DNA of 64,000 nucleotides from an uncultured delta proteobacterium (GTDB lineage: Bacteria > Desulfobacterota > Desulfobacteria > Desulfobacterales > B30-G6): the NCBI GenBank assembly GCA_963823335.1, contig CAWGLD010000001.1:1664001-1728000 (forward strand). Direction: 5' to 3'. Every line of letters begins with the position of its first letter. The stretch's first letter is position 1. The notes beneath the pieces are model-generated. The model was not told the DNA's origin. It was given only the letters and a program-made list of their open reading frames with translations, and made no database searches. The position numbers and the translations under genes are program-made. Shown here piece after piece: positions 40,930 through 52,121 of this stretch.

Positions 40930-43900
40930 GTAGTATTCCTGCAGGCAGTTATAGGTCATGGGCTGCTGACGCATCATTTTCAGACCACGTACGATGGCTT
41001 CGGCCGCGGACAGGGTGGTGATGACCGGAACCCGGTATTTGGTGGCAGCCCACCCGATGGCGAATTCATCGGAGCGGGCCCGCTGGCCCAAAGGGGTATT
41101 GATGATCAGATCGATACTGCGGTTCTTGATGTCGTCCACCACATTGGGCCGACCTTCGCTGGCTTTCAAAACTTCTGTTACGGCAATGCCCCTGTCGGCG
41201 ATGTAGGTCGCCGTTCCCCTGGTGGCCACCAGCTTGTAATTCATCTTCTGCAGACCGGCGGCAATGGGCACGATTCGCGGTTTGTCATTGTCGTTGACGC
41301 TCAGGAACACGGTGCCGGATTCGGGCACGGTGATACCGCTGGATAGAAAGGCCTTCATGACAGCCTCGCTGAAGGTCGGTGCTATGCCCATGACCTCGCC
41401 GGTGGACCGCATTTCCGGACGCAGGTATATATCGGCCTTGTCAAAGCGCTCAAAGGGGAAAACAGATTCCTTGACGGCGACATAGGCCGGTCGATCCCGA
41501 AAACTGACCTTGAACCGCTCTAACGATTGACCGGCCATGACCTTGACGGCAACCTTGGCAATGGGATTTCCCGTAGCCTTACTGACAAACGGGATCGTTC
41601 TGGATGCCCGGGGGTTGACCTCGAGGACATAGAGCGTATCGAACAGGATCGCAAACTGAATGTTGATCAGGCCCTTTACTTTCAGGGCCTTGGCCAGCAG
41701 GCGGGTATATTCCTTGATATCCTGCAACTGGTTCATGCTCAAAAGATAGGGCGGCAGGACAGCCATACTGTCACCGGAGTGTACGCCCGCTTCTTCAATA
41801 TGCTGCATGATGCCGCAGATTTTCGTGATTTTGCCGTCGGATACGGCATCGACATCAAACTCGTAGGCATCCTCAAGGAATCGATCCAGCAAAACAGGGT
41901 GTTCCTCAGAAGCGCTGACGGCATTTTGCATGTACTGTTTCAGGGATTCGGTGTTATAGACAATTTCCATGGCCCGGCCTCCCAGAACATACGAGGGCCT
42001 GACAACCAGCGGGAATCCGATTTTGTGACCCACATGCATGGCAGCGTCGATAGAGGTGGCAGTTCCATATTGAGGGTGCGGAATGTCCATTGAATCCAGG
42101 AGAGCCCCGAAACGATCACGATCTTCCGCCAGGTCGATGGAATCCGGTGATGTACCCCAGATCGGCACACCCGCTTTTTCCAGGGCCAGGGCCAGCTTCA
42201 AGGGTGTCTGCCCTCCGAACTGAACGATGACACCCAACGGTTTTTCGAGTTCGATCACATCCAGGACATCTTCATAGGTCAAGGGTTCGAAATAGAGCTT
42301 GTCAGCCACATCGTAGTCCGTGCTGACGGTCTCCGGATTACAGTTGATCATAATAGCTTCGATTCCCAGTTCTTTCAGGGCCAGGATGCCGTGAACACAG
42401 CAATAATCGAATTCAATCCCCTGGCCTATGCGATTGGGACCGCCGCCTAGAATGATGACCTTATTGTTTTCTGAAGGAATGGACTCATTCTCGGGATCAT
42501 AGGTGGAATAATAATAGGGTGTAAAGGATTCGAATTCGGCCGCACAGGTGTCCACGATTTTATAGGCGGGCAGCACGCCCTTTTCTTTGCGCAGGCTGCG
42601 AATATCAAGCTCGGTCTTACCGGTCAGCAGGGAGAGGTGCTTGTCAGAAAAACCAAAGCGCTTGGCTTTTCTGAGAGTTTCCGGTGCAAAGGTCTGGAGC
42701 TCTTTATAGGTTTGGGACAGGTGCTTTTCAACGTCGACCAGCTGTTGAAGATTTTCCAGGAACCAGATATCGATGCCGGATACGGTCGATATTTCCTTGG
42801 GGCTGATGCCGTTGAAGAGGGCTTGCCAGATCTTCAGGATACGATCCGGTGTTCCCCATCTCAGGTCATCCATCAAATCATCATGGGTGAGCTGGTCGTA
42901 AGAGAAGTTCCCATGGGCATGAAAACCCGACCAGCCGTTTTCAAGGGACCGCAGGGTCTTGTTCAAAGCCTCTTTGAAGGTCCGACCGATGCCCATGGCT
43001 TCACCCACCGACTTCATCTGCGACGTCAGGCGGTGGTCGTTCCCGGGGAATTTTTCGAAGTCCCATCGGGGGATCTTGACCACAACATAATCGATGGCGG
43101 GTTCAAAACAGGCCGGTGTTTTTCTGGTAATATCATTGGGAATTTCATCCAGGTGGTATCCGATGGCGAGCTTGGCGGCAATCTTGGCAATGGGAAACCC
43201 GGTGGCTTTGGATGCCAGGGCGGAGCTTCGGGATACCCGTGGGTTCATTTCGATGACCACCATTTCACCGGTTTTCGGGTTGAGCCCGAACTGGATATTG
43301 GCCCCTCCGGTTTCAACACCGATTCTGGTCACGATTATTTTGGCTGCATCCCGCATGGCCTGGTATTCCGCATCGGTCAAGGTCTGGGCCGGGGCAACCG
43401 TGATGCTGTCTCCCGTATGAATGCCCATGGGGTCGAAATTTTCGATGGAACACACGATCACAAAATTATCGGCCGCATCCCGCATGACTTCCAGTTCGTA
43501 TTCTTTCCATCCCAGGATGGACTGTTCGATCAAAATTTCCTTGACCGGGCTGGCGTTCAGCCCCCACTGGGCTGCCTGGGGAAATTCTTCTTTGTTGTAG
43601 ACAACACTTCCGCCGATACCTCCGAGGGTGAACGCAGGTCTGATGATCAGCGGAAAACCGATGGTGGCGGCCAGTTTCTCTGCCTCCTCCATGGTGTGTA
43701 CGCAGCCCCCATCGGGAACGTTCAGACCGATCTCCTTCATGGCATTGCGAAAAAGATCCCTGTCTTCCGCCAGTTGGATGGTTTCCAGATTGGCGCCGAT
43801 GAGTTCTACACCGTACCGATCCAGGACCCCGCTTTGGGCCAGCTCGACGGCCAGGTTCAGACTGGTTTGACCACCGATTGTGGGCAGCAGCGCATCAGGG

Positions 43901-44145
43901 CGTTCTTTTTCGATGATTTTGGCGATGACATCGGCCTGTAAGGGTTCGATATACGTTCGATCCGAAAATTCCGGGTCCGTCATGATGGTGGCGGGATTGT
44001 TGTTGATCAGAATGACGATAAACCCCTCTTCCCGGAGGGCTTTACAGGCCTGGGTGCCGGAATAATCAAATTCGCAGGCTTGCCCGATGACAATGGGGCC
44101 GGATCCGATGACCAATATTCGTTTTAGATCTTTACGTTTTGGCAT
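40915..44145 (-). CDS. carB: Carbamoyl-phosphate synthase large subunit
   Basis: [17 protein letters not shown], duplicated ATP-grasp domains, MGS domain. Confidence 0.98.
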   Translation of the reverse strand: MPKRKDLKRILVIGSGPIVIGQACEFDYSGTQACKALREEGFIVILINNNPATIMTDPEFSDRTYIEPLQADVIAKIIEKERPDALLPTIGGQTSLNLAVELAQSGVLDRYGVELIGANLETIQLAEDRDLFRNAMKEIGLNVPDGGCVHTMEEAEKLAATIGFPLIIRPAFTLGGIGGSVVYNKEEFPQAAQWGLNASPVKEILIEQSILGWKEYELEVMRDAADNFVIVCSIENFDPMGIHTGDSITVAPAQTLTDAEYQAMRDAAKIIVTRIGVETGGANIQFGLNPKTGEMVVIEMNPRVSRSSALASKATGFPIAKIAAKLAIGYHLDEIPNDITRKTPACFEPAIDYVVVKIPRWDFEKFPGNDHRLTSQMKSVGEAMGIGRTFKEALNKTLRSLENGWSGFHAHGNFSYDQLTHDDLMDDLRWGTPDRILKIWQALFNGISPKEISTVSGIDIWFLENLQQLVDVEKHLSQTYKELQTFAPETLRKAKRFGFSDKHLSLLTGKTELDIRSLRKEKGVLPAYKIVDTCAAEFESFTPYYYSTYDPENESIPSENNKVIILGGGPNRIGQGIEFDYCCVHGILALKELGIEAIMINCNPETVSTDYDVADKLYFEPLTYEDVLDVIELEKPLGVIVQFGGQTPLKLALALEKAGVPIWGTSPDSIDLAEDRDRFGALLDSMDIPHPQYGTATSIDAAMHVGHKIGFPLVVRPSYVLGGRAMEIVYNTESLKQYMQNAVSASEEHPVLLDRFLEDAYEFDVDAVSDGKITKICGIMQHIEEAGVHSGDSMAVLPPYLLSMNQLQDIKEYTRLLAKALKVKGLINIQFAILFDTLYVLEVNPRASRTIPFVSKATGNPIAKVAVKVMAGQSLERFKVSFRDRPAYVAVKESVFPFERFDKADIYLRPEMRSTGEVMGIAPTFSEAVMKAFLSSGITVPESGTVFLSVNDNDKPRIVPIAAGLQKMNYKLVATRGTATYIADRGIAVTEVLKASEGRPNVVDDIKNRSIDLIINTPLGQRARSDEFAIGWAATKYRVPVITTLSAAEAIVRGLKMMRQQPMTYNCLQEYYEKHS

Positions 44146-45244
44146 GGAATTGTTTCATTTCCTCTACAAATTGTTTGAAAAGATAGCGACTGTCGTTGGG
44201 CCCGGGCGATGCCTCGGGGTGATATTGTACCGAGAAGGCCGGCAGGTGTTTGTGTCTGAGACCCTCGAGGGTATTGTCGTTCAAATTGATGTGGGTGATT
44301 TCAATTTCCTCCCGGGGCAGGCTTTCAATATCGACATTGAAGCCATGGTTCTGGGAGGTGATCTCCACCGCCCCGGTGTGCAGGTTTTTTACCGGATGAT
44401 TGGCACCGTGGTGACCGAACTTCAGCTTGACGGTTTTGGCCCCCATAGCCAGGGATAGGATTTGATGCCCCAGACAGATGCCGAAGATGGGTATCCGTCC
44501 CAGAAGATAGCGTGCTGCCGCCACTGCGTATGTCACCGGTTCGGGGTCGCCGGGTCCATTGGAAAAAAAGATGCCATCCGGTTTCCAGGCCAGGATTTCT
44601 TCCGGTGGCGTGTGGGCCGGAAAGATGCGCAACTTGCAGCCGTGATCGTGAAGCGCCCTCAAAATCGAAAACTTGACGCCGAAGTCATAAACGGCCACCC
44701 GGTGGTTGTGTGGGCCGGTTTTGTCGCCAGGGTCTTCAAGGGGCCAGGCATAACTTTCATTGGTGGTAATTTCCTGAACGATATCCCTGCCAACCAGCTG
44801 TTTACTGTCCGCCAGTTGTTTGGCAAGGGCCGACAAGGGTTCATCAGAGGTGGTGATCAGGCCCATTTGAGAGCCATGGTCCCTCAGGTGCCGGGTGATG
44901 GCCCGGGTATCCACATCGCTGATCCCGCCTACACCATGGTGGGTCAAATATTCATCCAGGGATCTGTCGGCTTGCCAGTGACTGACAACCGGGCTGTATT
45001 CCCGAATGATGAAACCTGAGGCGTAGATACGTCGGGATTCAAAATCCATTGGATTGACGCCGTAATTTCCTATCTGGGGGTAGGTCATGACCACCATCTG
45101 AAAATGGTAGGAGGGATCGGTCAGGATTTCCTGATATCCCATCATGGCTGTATTAAAAACCACTTCTCCGATGGCGGTTCCCTCGGCCCCCAGGGAAAGA
45201 CCTTCAAAACAGGTGCCGTCTGCCAGTAGTAGTCTTGCTTTCAT
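44132..45244 (-). CDS. carA: Carbamoyl-phosphate synthase small subunit
   Basis: GEVVFNT, SNGPGDP, GICLGHQ and [10 protein letters not shown] motifs. Confidence 0.98.
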   Translation of the reverse strand: MKARLLLADGTCFEGLSLGAEGTAIGEVVFNTAMMGYQEILTDPSYHFQMVVMTYPQIGNYGVNPMDFESRRIYASGFIIREYSPVVSHWQADRSLDEYLTHHGVGGISDVDTRAITRHLRDHGSQMGLITTSDEPLSALAKQLADSKQLVGRDIVQEITTNESYAWPLEDPGDKTGPHNHRVAVYDFGVKFSILRALHDHGCKLRIFPAHTPPEEILAWKPDGIFFSNGPGDPEPVTYAVAAARYLLGRIPIFGICLGHQILSLAMGAKTVKLKFGHHGANHPVKNLHTGAVEITSQNHGFNVDIESLPREEIEITHINLNDNTLEGLRHKHLPAFSVQYHPEASPGPNDSRYLFKQFVEEMKQFHAKT

Positions 45245-45277
45245 AGTTTTATATTCTCTACTTTACGAATCTGCCCT

Positions 45278-45348
45278 TTTAGGTGTTTAGACTGTCAGGC
45301 TGTTAGACTGTTAGCCGCTAACAGTCTAACAGCCTACAGCCTAACCTC
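45278..45348. repeat. Short-period (7-8 bp) palindromic tandem repeat between argG and carA
   Basis: TTAGACTG TCAGGCTG TTAGACTG TTAG followed by the inverted series CTAACAGT CTAACAGC CTACAGC CTAAC. Confidence 0.7.
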
Positions 45349-45362
45349 CTTGTGTTTCGATA

Positions 45363-46622
45363 TTAATCTCTCTTGAATTTACTGTAATCCGGCTGACGAT
45401 ACCGGCTTTCACCGCTGCCCTCGATGTCCAGAAGTGCCTCCACCTTCAAGGGCAGACCGAACAGCTGAATAAAGCCGTGGGCATCCTGTTGGTTGTAGAC
45501 ATTGTCTTCCCCAAAGGAAGCGTAATCCTCGCGATACAGGCTGAAAGGACTTTTGCGGCCTGCAATGGTAGCATTGCCCTTGTATAGTTTCATGCGGACC
45601 GTTCCCGTAATCTTATGCTGGGTTGTCTTTACAAAAGCATCCAGGGCTTCCCGAAGCTGCATGAACCACATGCCGTTGTAGACCAGTTCTGCATATTTGA
45701 CGGATACGAAGTCTTTATAGTGCATGGTGTACTTGTCCAGGCAGATACTTTCGAGGGCCTGGTGCGCGCGGTATATGACGGTGCCTGCCGGTGTTTCGTA
45801 AATGCCGCGGCTTTTCATTCCCACCAGACGGTTTTCGACAATATCCACCCGACCGACACCGTGCTGACCGGCAATCGAATTTAAACGGGTGAAAAGTTCC
45901 AGGGCGTTCAGCTTTTCGCCATCAAGGGCAACCGGGTTTCCCTTGTTGAACCCGATTTCAATATAAACGGGTTTATCGGGTGCATCTTCAGGGCTGACCG
46001 TCAATTGAAACATCTCCTTGGCAGGTTCGTTCCAGGGATCTTCGAGGAGACCCCCTTCATGGGAGAGATGGAAAATGTTGCGGTCGCGGCTGTAAATGTC
46101 CTTTTCTGTCTGCTGGATGGGAATGTTGTACTTGATGGCGTATTTGATAGCGTCTTCACGGCTCTTGATTTCCCATTCGCGCCAGGGGGCGATGACCTTC
46201 AATTTTGGGTTCAGGGCCATGATGGTCAACTCAAATCTTACCTGGTCGTTGCCTTTCCCGGTACAGCCGTGGGAAACAGCATCAGCCCCTTCGGCCTCGG
46301 CGACATCCACCAGTTTTTTGGCGATCAGCGGTCGGGCAATAGACGTGCCTAACAGGTACTCGCGTTCGTATACCGCACCGGCCTGCATGGTCGGGAACAC
46401 GTAGTCCACCAGAAATTCTTCGCGCAGATCCATCACCACCAGCTTGCTCGCACCAGATGCAATGGCTTTTTCTTCCAGACCGTGCAACTCTTCATCTTGT
46501 CCCAGGTCGGCAGCGAAGCAGATGACTTCGCAATTTCCATAGTTGTTCTTGAGCCAGGGTACGATCACCGAGGTATCCAGTCCTCCGCTGTAGGCCAGGA
46601 CGACTTTTTTAACCGTTGTCAT
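45363..46622 (-). CDS. argG: Argininosuccinate synthase
   Basis: [23 protein letters not shown] and KSRGIYETP motifs. Confidence 0.98.
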   Translation of the reverse strand: MTTVKKVVLAYSGGLDTSVIVPWLKNNYGNCEVICFAADLGQDEELHGLEEKAIASGASKLVVMDLREEFLVDYVFPTMQAGAVYEREYLLGTSIARPLIAKKLVDVAEAEGADAVSHGCTGKGNDQVRFELTIMALNPKLKVIAPWREWEIKSREDAIKYAIKYNIPIQQTEKDIYSRDRNIFHLSHEGGLLEDPWNEPAKEMFQLTVSPEDAPDKPVYIEIGFNKGNPVALDGEKLNALELFTRLNSIAGQHGVGRVDIVENRLVGMKSRGIYETPAGTVIYRAHQALESICLDKYTMHYKDFVSVKYAELVYNGMWFMQLREALDAFVKTTQHKITGTVRMKLYKGNATIAGRKSPFSLYREDYASFGEDNVYNQQDAHGFIQLFGLPLKVEALLDIEGSGESRYRQPDYSKFKRD

Positions 46623-46639
46623 GATTGCTGCTCCTTTTC

Positions 46640-46672
46640 AAAAAAAAAACCCGGCAATTGCCGGGGGTTTTT
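46640..46672 (-). terminator. Attenuator terminator directly upstream of the argG RBS
   Basis: Minus strand AAAAACCCCCGGC-AATT-GCCGGG-T10. Confidence 0.85.
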
Positions 46673-46693
46673 GTACTTTTTGGATTTCTACCA

Positions 46694-46780
46694 TTATTCG
46701 TATTTCCACAAAAAACACCCGGGCAGTAAAAGGGTACGACAACGTCGGCGGGTGAAGTTTTGGATCTTATCGGGTGTCAT
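46694..46780 (-). CDS. Putative arginine leader peptide MTPDKIQNFTRRRCRTLLLPGCFLWKYE (28 aa)
   Basis: AGGAAGG RBS; clustered Arg codons CGC CGA CGT TGT CGT; lies between a promoter and a terminator upstream of argG. Confidence 0.75.
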   Translation of the reverse strand: MTPDKIQNFTRRRCRTLLLPGCFLWKYE

Positions 46781-46812
46781 GCTGCCTTCCTGACTGAGAT
46801 TAAATCTGGCGC

Positions 46813-46841
46813 AATATGTCAAAAAAGAAAAATCCTGTCAA
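46813..46841 (-). promoter_or_regulatory. Sigma70-type promoter for leader-argG-carA-carB
   Basis: TTGACA-17 bp-CATATT, with the -10 element 32 nt upstream of the leader ATG. Confidence 0.65.
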
Positions 46842-46884
46842 CCATGAAATATATAGGAAGTGCTAAGTGATCTAACGTTGATCC

Positions 46885-46946
46885 AGCACAGAGCTTCAGC
46901 TCTGCTCGTAGACCTTTATTTTTGCAGGTCTGAAGACCTGCGCTAC
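46885..46946. repeat. GTAG-type REP doublet downstream of argB
   Basis: AGCACAGAGCTTCAGCTCTGC...GCAGGTCTGAAGACCTGCGCTAC, same family as 39995-40111. Confidence 0.7.
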
Positions 46947-46988
46947 ATTACATGGAAAAACCAGCGCCGGCACACCGGGTATGGGTGT

Positions 46989-47792
46989 CTATCGTTTCAG
47001 GAGCGTGCCGGAGCGGCATTCACCGGCTACAATTTCCTGCAGGGTGGCAATACCTGCCCATTGGATAATGTAAACGGCAGGCACCTGATTTGCCAGCGCT
47101 TTGAACGCCGACGTCATTTTCGCCAGCATGCCTCCCTTGATGGTGCCGTCGGCAATGCGTTCCCGGGCCTGCTGTTCGGAAAGGGTCCGGCAGACAGTCT
47201 CGCCGTCTATGACACCAGGAACATCCGTGATGAACACAAGCCCCATACAGCCGATTTTCGCAGCCAGGGCTGCTGCGGCACTGTCTGCATTGACATTGAA
47301 GCTGCGCTGGTTTTCATCCCCGGAGATGGGTGAAATAACCGGTACACGACCTTTCTTGAGGGCGCGCAGGACAACCTCACCATTGATCTGTTTGATGTCG
47401 CCCACAAATCCATACTGCCTGCCGTCACGGGTCATGGGCTTCACTACAAAGAGCTGTTCGGTTTTCCCAGACATGCGTTGACAGGAGACACCGTTATCCG
47501 TCAGCCAGGACGCGATACGCGTGTTGATGGTTTCGGAGAGAACTTCTTCAATGATGGTCATGTCCTCGGCCTGGGTGACCCTGATGCCATCGATAAACAG
47601 GGTCTCACGGCCATGATCTTGCAGGGCTTTCGATATCTCGGCCCCCCCCCCATGTACGATGATCGTCTCGATATCGGGAACGGCTCTGATAGCCTGGGCC
47701 AGTTCGCGGAAACCGGATTCTTTTTCAAATGCACGCCCACCGATTTTAATCAGCAGTCTGGGGTTCGAGGATTTCAGGTTTCTTGGGCTCAT
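46989..47792 (-). CDS. argB: Acetylglutamate kinase
   Basis: IKIGG, IVHGGG, RVT, NVNAD, TDVPGV and GGMLAK motifs. Confidence 0.9.
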   Translation of the reverse strand: MSPRNLKSSNPRLLIKIGGRAFEKESGFRELAQAIRAVPDIETIIVHGGGAEISKALQDHGRETLFIDGIRVTQAEDMTIIEEVLSETINTRIASWLTDNGVSCQRMSGKTEQLFVVKPMTRDGRQYGFVGDIKQINGEVVLRALKKGRVPVISPISGDENQRSFNVNADSAAAALAAKIGCMGLVFITDVPGVIDGETVCRTLSEQQARERIADGTIKGGMLAKMTSAFKALANQVPAVYIIQWAGIATLQEIVAGECRSGTLLKR

Positions 47793-48099
47793 TGAGTTTC
47801 TTGGGCTATTGGGTTGCTTACGGCTGTTGGCGGTCGTTTTATCTGTCTATATTATCATCGATCATTAGCAAACGCCAGCCCTATAACTGTTGTCATAACA
47901 TGTTCTTTTGGACGTTATTTGCCGGAGCGGTTTCGGATCGTTTTTCTGACAAACGCTCTAAAAAAACTCAACAAACCCAATGAACTCAACGAACAAAGAA
48001 TTTCTCGAATCTTTATGTGTCTTTTGTATTTAAAGTTTCCACGGATGTCAAAGCAGGCTTTCTTTCGAAAGACATTTCTGATAATGACGATACTTGTAT

Positions 48100-48245
48100 T
48101 AGAACCCATCTCAAAAATAAGATTTTGTCCCAAGGTCAAGGCGGTCTCGAGTTTCAACCCGCAGGAATACTGTTGTATTTTGAGGAGTTGAAACGAGAGA
48201 GCAACACAGAAATTGGGACAAAAGACATTTTTGAGATAGGTTATG
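48100..48245 (+). mobile_element. Family A palindromic element, copy 4, directly upstream of pyrB
   Basis: Close match to copy 1 over its full length. Confidence 0.85.
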
Positions 48246-48271
48246 GATAATGTGTACTCAAGGAGAATAAG

Positions 48272-49354
48272 ATGAAAAAATTTGCCGAGACCACCCAGCA
48301 AACCTACGAGGGATGGAAAGAATTTTACGAAAAGCCTGCCGATGAAAAGAACCGGTTTTTCCAGTCGGGCGGTAGATTGATCGACATTATATTTGCTCAG
48401 CAGTTTGACAGATCTTTTTTAGATCGCATGAGCCGGCTGGGGGATATGATTCGACTGCTGGCGAAAACCAAGCTGGGCCAGAACCATCTCAGGCATCTTT
48501 TGCCGCATAAAAGGGCCATGCTGTATTTTTCTCAGCCGTCGACCCGAACGTTTCTTTCATTCCAAAACGCCTGTCACATGCTGGGGCTGAGCGTGTCTGA
48601 AATCCGTGGAACCACCACCAGTTCAGAGGTGAAGGGTGAATCACAGGAGGATACGATACGGACGTTTGCCAGTTATGTGGACCTGATTATTTCACGGCAT
48701 CCGGAAGCCGGATTTGCTGAAAAGACAGCCTGGGTCCTGAATCAAACCGACCGGGCGGTACCTGTTATCAATGGCGGATCAGGACCTGATCAACATCCCA
48801 CCCAGGCGCTGCTGGATATTTACACCCTCGAACGGGAGTTCAGCAAGAACGGCGGATTGGACGGTAAAAAAATTGCCATGGTGGGTGATTTGAAGAGAGG
48901 TAGAACCGTTCGTTCCTTGAGTTATCTGATGAAAAATTATCGGGATGTCGAGCTATATTTCGCTGCTCCGGAAATTTATAAGATGAAAGACGATATCACG
49001 TCTTTCTTGACACGTCATCACATCCCCTACCATGAGACCGAAGACTTTGAAAGTATCATGCCGCTGGTGGATGCCATATACATGACCCGAATTCAGAACG
49101 AATATTCGGAGGACCCAGCCCATGAAGCGGAAACCTATCCTGCTTTTCATTTCAAGAAGGAGCACCTTGACAATATCCAGGCGCACTGTGTCATTCTGCA
49201 CCCGCTGCCCCGGCGCTATGAGATCGATGTGGCCGTGGACAAGGATCCCCGGGCAGCCTATTGGCGGCAGGAACGCAACGGCATGTGGATCCGGGCGGCC
49301 TTGATTGCCTATCTCTTCAAGGTCGAGAGCGAGATTGTGGATGTGTTTTCCTGA
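48272..49354 (+). CDS. pyrB: Aspartate carbamoyltransferase catalytic subunit
   Basis: PSTRT, KGES, HPTQ, GDLKRGRT, TRIQNE and HPLPR motifs. Confidence 0.9.
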   Translation: MKKFAETTQQTYEGWKEFYEKPADEKNRFFQSGGRLIDIIFAQQFDRSFLDRMSRLGDMIRLLAKTKLGQNHLRHLLPHKRAMLYFSQPSTRTFLSFQNACHMLGLSVSEIRGTTTSSEVKGESQEDTIRTFASYVDLIISRHPEAGFAEKTAWVLNQTDRAVPVINGGSGPDQHPTQALLDIYTLEREFSKNGGLDGKKIAMVGDLKRGRTVRSLSYLMKNYRDVELYFAAPEIYKMKDDITSFLTRHHIPYHETEDFESIMPLVDAIYMTRIQNEYSEDPAHEAETYPAFHFKKEHLDNIQAHCVILHPLPRRYEIDVAVDKDPRAAYWRQERNGMWIRAALIAYLFKVESEIVDVFS

Positions 49355-49593
49355 AATAACGGGTTTTAGGTGTTACGTTTTAGGTTTTAGGAAAGCAAAA
49401 GGAAAAGATTTTTCATCACGAAAACACGAAAGTACGAAAACGCGATAAAAGAACCATAGCATCTAATAAAACTGGATTCCCTGCTGCAATTTATCCCGCA
49501 CTTGATGCGGGGCGGGAATGGCAATCTTGAGTTTTTAACTGACGGAGTAATAGCATAAGGGCCTACCCTCCAACCCTCGGACCCTCCAGCCCT

Positions 49594-50349
49594 TTATAGT
49601 CTACTCACCATCTCCTTCACCGCGGTTTTGGTGAGAGATGCCGTGTCGTAGGGCGATATTCCCGCCAGATCCGCCTCGATCAGCGCATTGTCATAGGGCA
49701 GGGATCCCAGATAATCGAAACCGGCCAGGTGGCGCTTCAGAAAATCCTCATCTTTCTGATTTCTGATTTTATTTCCGACGACTGCAATGTTTTTGAGGCC
49801 GATTTCTGCCGCCAGAAATCGGATATGTTCTGCCGTGTCGATGCTTCTTCGGCCAGGTTCCACAACCACCAGGAGTTTGTCCACCGCCTGGGCCGTGCCT
49901 CTGCCCAGATGTTCGATACCGGCTTCCATGTCCATCACCACCACTTCATCCCTTATGAGAACGATGTGCATCACCAGGGCTTTCAGGAGCGTGCTTTCCG
50001 GGCAGATACATCCGGCGCCGCCTTTTTTGACCCCCCCCAGGCGCATGAGCTTGATATTTTCGAACTTGATGGACAGGGCATCAGGCAGGTCGTCGACTTT
50101 TGGGTTCAACTTGAAAAAACCGCCGATGGTGCCGGGTTTGGCTTCCGTTCTTTCAAAAATGAGGTCTTTCATTTCGGCTATGGGGGTAATGGTTTCAGCT
50201 TTGTCGATGCCGATGGCCGAGGCCAGATTGGCGTCCGGATCTGCATCGATAGCCAGCACATGCCTGCCATCGTCATTGAGGGTTCGTATGAGGAGGGAGG
50301 AAAATGTTGTTTTCCCAACACCGCCTTTTCCGCTGACCGCTATTTTCAT
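49594..50349 (-). CDS. cooC: CO dehydrogenase/ACS nickel-insertion ATPase
   Basis: GKGGVGKT, DADPDANL, GCICP and DMEAGIEHLGRGT motifs. Confidence 0.92.
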   Translation of the reverse strand: MKIAVSGKGGVGKTTFSSLLIRTLNDDGRHVLAIDADPDANLASAIGIDKAETITPIAEMKDLIFERTEAKPGTIGGFFKLNPKVDDLPDALSIKFENIKLMRLGGVKKGGAGCICPESTLLKALVMHIVLIRDEVVVMDMEAGIEHLGRGTAQAVDKLLVVVEPGRRSIDTAEHIRFLAAEIGLKNIAVVGNKIRNQKDEDFLKRHLAGFDYLGSLPYDNALIEADLAGISPYDTASLTKTAVKEMVSRL

Positions 50350-50720
50350 GGGGATTCCTTTGCTTTGAAATTTATGTAATCGATAATATAGCCCCCTTAG
50401 GCTGCATCTTGAGCTTACCTGCCTGAGTCATTATATGATAATACAGAATGGACAAATAACAACTCATAATCAAATATCCACAAAGGTTCTTTCCGGTCGG
50501 GGCAAACCCCCCATAACTACCATATTTTGTTATCTTTAAATATTGACACACAACTTGTTGTAGGTTATATAGTCGACTACATTTCAAATGTGCGAACCAA
50601 ATCGTCTGATTTTATGGTCCGGAAGTCCTTTTTTCTGTCCTGACGGACAAAGGGAGAGGTGTATCCGTGACACCTTTTCGGTTATTTGCCGGACGACAGA
50701 GAAGGAGCAGGTCTCAATAA

Positions 50721-52121
50721 ATGCTCAAATCTAAAAAGAGCGCAATGACCGTCGTGCATGGAGATAAACTGTTTTTTGTCTCGTATGCCGGCGATACCAT
50801 GCAGGTGGACCACACGGTTTCCCTGGACCTGTTTCTGGAAGACGATTTCAGCTTATCCTCTGTCCCTGCAGCTGTCCGGGGTAGAAAAAATCGTCTTCTG
50901 GTGGCGCCTGATTACTGGGTCGGGCAGACAGACCTGACACTGCAATCCCAAAAGCGGTCTATTGTGGCGCCCTTTGTGGAAAGAAAGCTGACCTCCGAGC
51001 ATCCTGAACTACCCGATATCGGCCTATTTTTCGACTATACGTTTTCAGAGGAGCCGTCGGAACAAGGCGGTATTTATGCCTTTTTTCTTCAAGAGCCCTT
51101 GTCTTACCAGCTTTACCAAAGACTCGCAACCTATGACATGGCCCCCATGGATATCACGATACCCGCATATGTCTGGGGCAAGAAACTCCAGAGATTACAC
51201 CCGGAACTGGCCGATTCCGGTGGGGGGCTGATCCAGAAACTTTCTTCGGCCTCCTATTTATATTTTTATCATAAAGGACAGTTCCTGTTCTCGCGTAGTA
51301 TTCAATTCTCGGATTCCGCAGGGGGAGCGACAGATGCGCTCGATGCGCTGACATATGAAATCAACCAGTCGTTCTATCTTTTTTCACAAAAGGAAAAAGC
51401 CGAGCTGGAGCATATTTTTATCCATTCATCCCGTAGGGAGGATGCCGCAGAACTGGCCGAAAGTCTCGGGAGGGAGGTTCACTCCCTGGATATTGGTGAC
51501 GGAGCTGCCGGGTCGAATCAGGCAATGACTGAGATGCTGGGACCTTGCGGTGTTTTTACAGCCAACGATCTATCGCCGGCAAGCAAATACCTGGCGGTTG
51601 CGCAAAGGGACCACGCCAGAGACAGGGAGTGGCGTCCGGTTCAGGTGGCAGGGGTGATTGTCGGGATTCTGCTTTTTCTGCTTCTTGGGGGAGAACATTT
51701 TTTTCTGCTTAAATGGTCGAAACAGGATCCGGGTCTGAAAAATGCGGGTATTATGGCAGGTCGATCTTCCAGGGAGATCATCCAGCAATACAAAGTGGCA
51801 CTCGATCTCATTCTGCAGGAGACGCGTCGACCGTCTGCCTGGAAAACGATGATGGATCTGGCCGGTTGTTTTCCGGTAAATATCCGGGTCAAGGATATGA
51901 CGCTGGTGGTGGGAGAACTCCCCAAACTGGCCTTGACCTGTGTTGTCCGGTCGGAGAACATGGCGGAATTCAAAAGCTCGCTGTCCATGCTGCTGGAAAA
52001 TATTGGCAAGACTTTCACCACCAGCCCCATGTTGGAAAAGCGGGATATCGAATTGGGTGAGGTTTTACCCGGACAGGGCTATACAGATTATCCTATTCAG
52101 TTTGAACTCAGGCTGCGATGA
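50721..52121 (+). CDS. Pilus/secretion assembly protein (PilM/PilN- or MshI-like)
   Basis: First gene of the secretin-pilin operon; cytoplasmic domain (YEINQSF), single TM helix, periplasmic domain. Confidence 0.55.
   Translation: MLKSKKSAMTVVHGDKLFFVSYAGDTMQVDHTVSLDLFLEDDFSLSSVPAAVRGRKNRLLVAPDYWVGQTDLTLQSQKRSIVAPFVERKLTSEHPELPDIGLFFDYTFSEEPSEQGGIYAFFLQEPLSYQLYQRLATYDMAPMDITIPAYVWGKKLQRLHPELADSGGGLIQKLSSASYLYFYHKGQFLFSRSIQFSDSAGGATDALDALTYEINQSFYLFSQKEKAELEHIFIHSSRREDAAELAESLGREVHSLDIGDGAAGSNQAMTEMLGPCGVFTANDLSPASKYLAVAQRDHARDREWRPVQVAGVIVGILLFLLLGGEHFFLLKWSKQDPGLKNAGIMAGRSSREIIQQYKVALDLILQETRRPSAWKTMMDLAGCFPVNIRVKDMTLVVGELPKLALTCVVRSENMAEFKSSLSMLLENIGKTFTTSPMLEKRDIELGEVLPGQGYTDYPIQFELRLR

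Noticed and set aside
22560-43941. Long antisense ORFs such as 22560-24005, 32167-33012 and 42637-43941
   Set aside because: They are shadows of well-conserved genes on the opposite strand, with no recognisable motifs
47830-48271. PyrR- or pyrL-type attenuator upstream of pyrB
   Set aside because: The space is occupied by a family A element and low-complexity repeats; no terminator/leader arrangement was seen
37423-48301. Short ORFs 37423-37638, 40639-40905, 40782-41021, 47814-48191, 47915-48301 and 48017-48250 as genes
   Set aside because: They are largely translations of the family A palindromic element and lack convincing starts
50498-50515. GGGCAAACCC upstream of the pilus operon as a c-di-GMP-I riboswitch
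   Set aside because: The following GNRA loop, GGGACGCAAAGCC segment and second stem are absent; it is only a small hairpin
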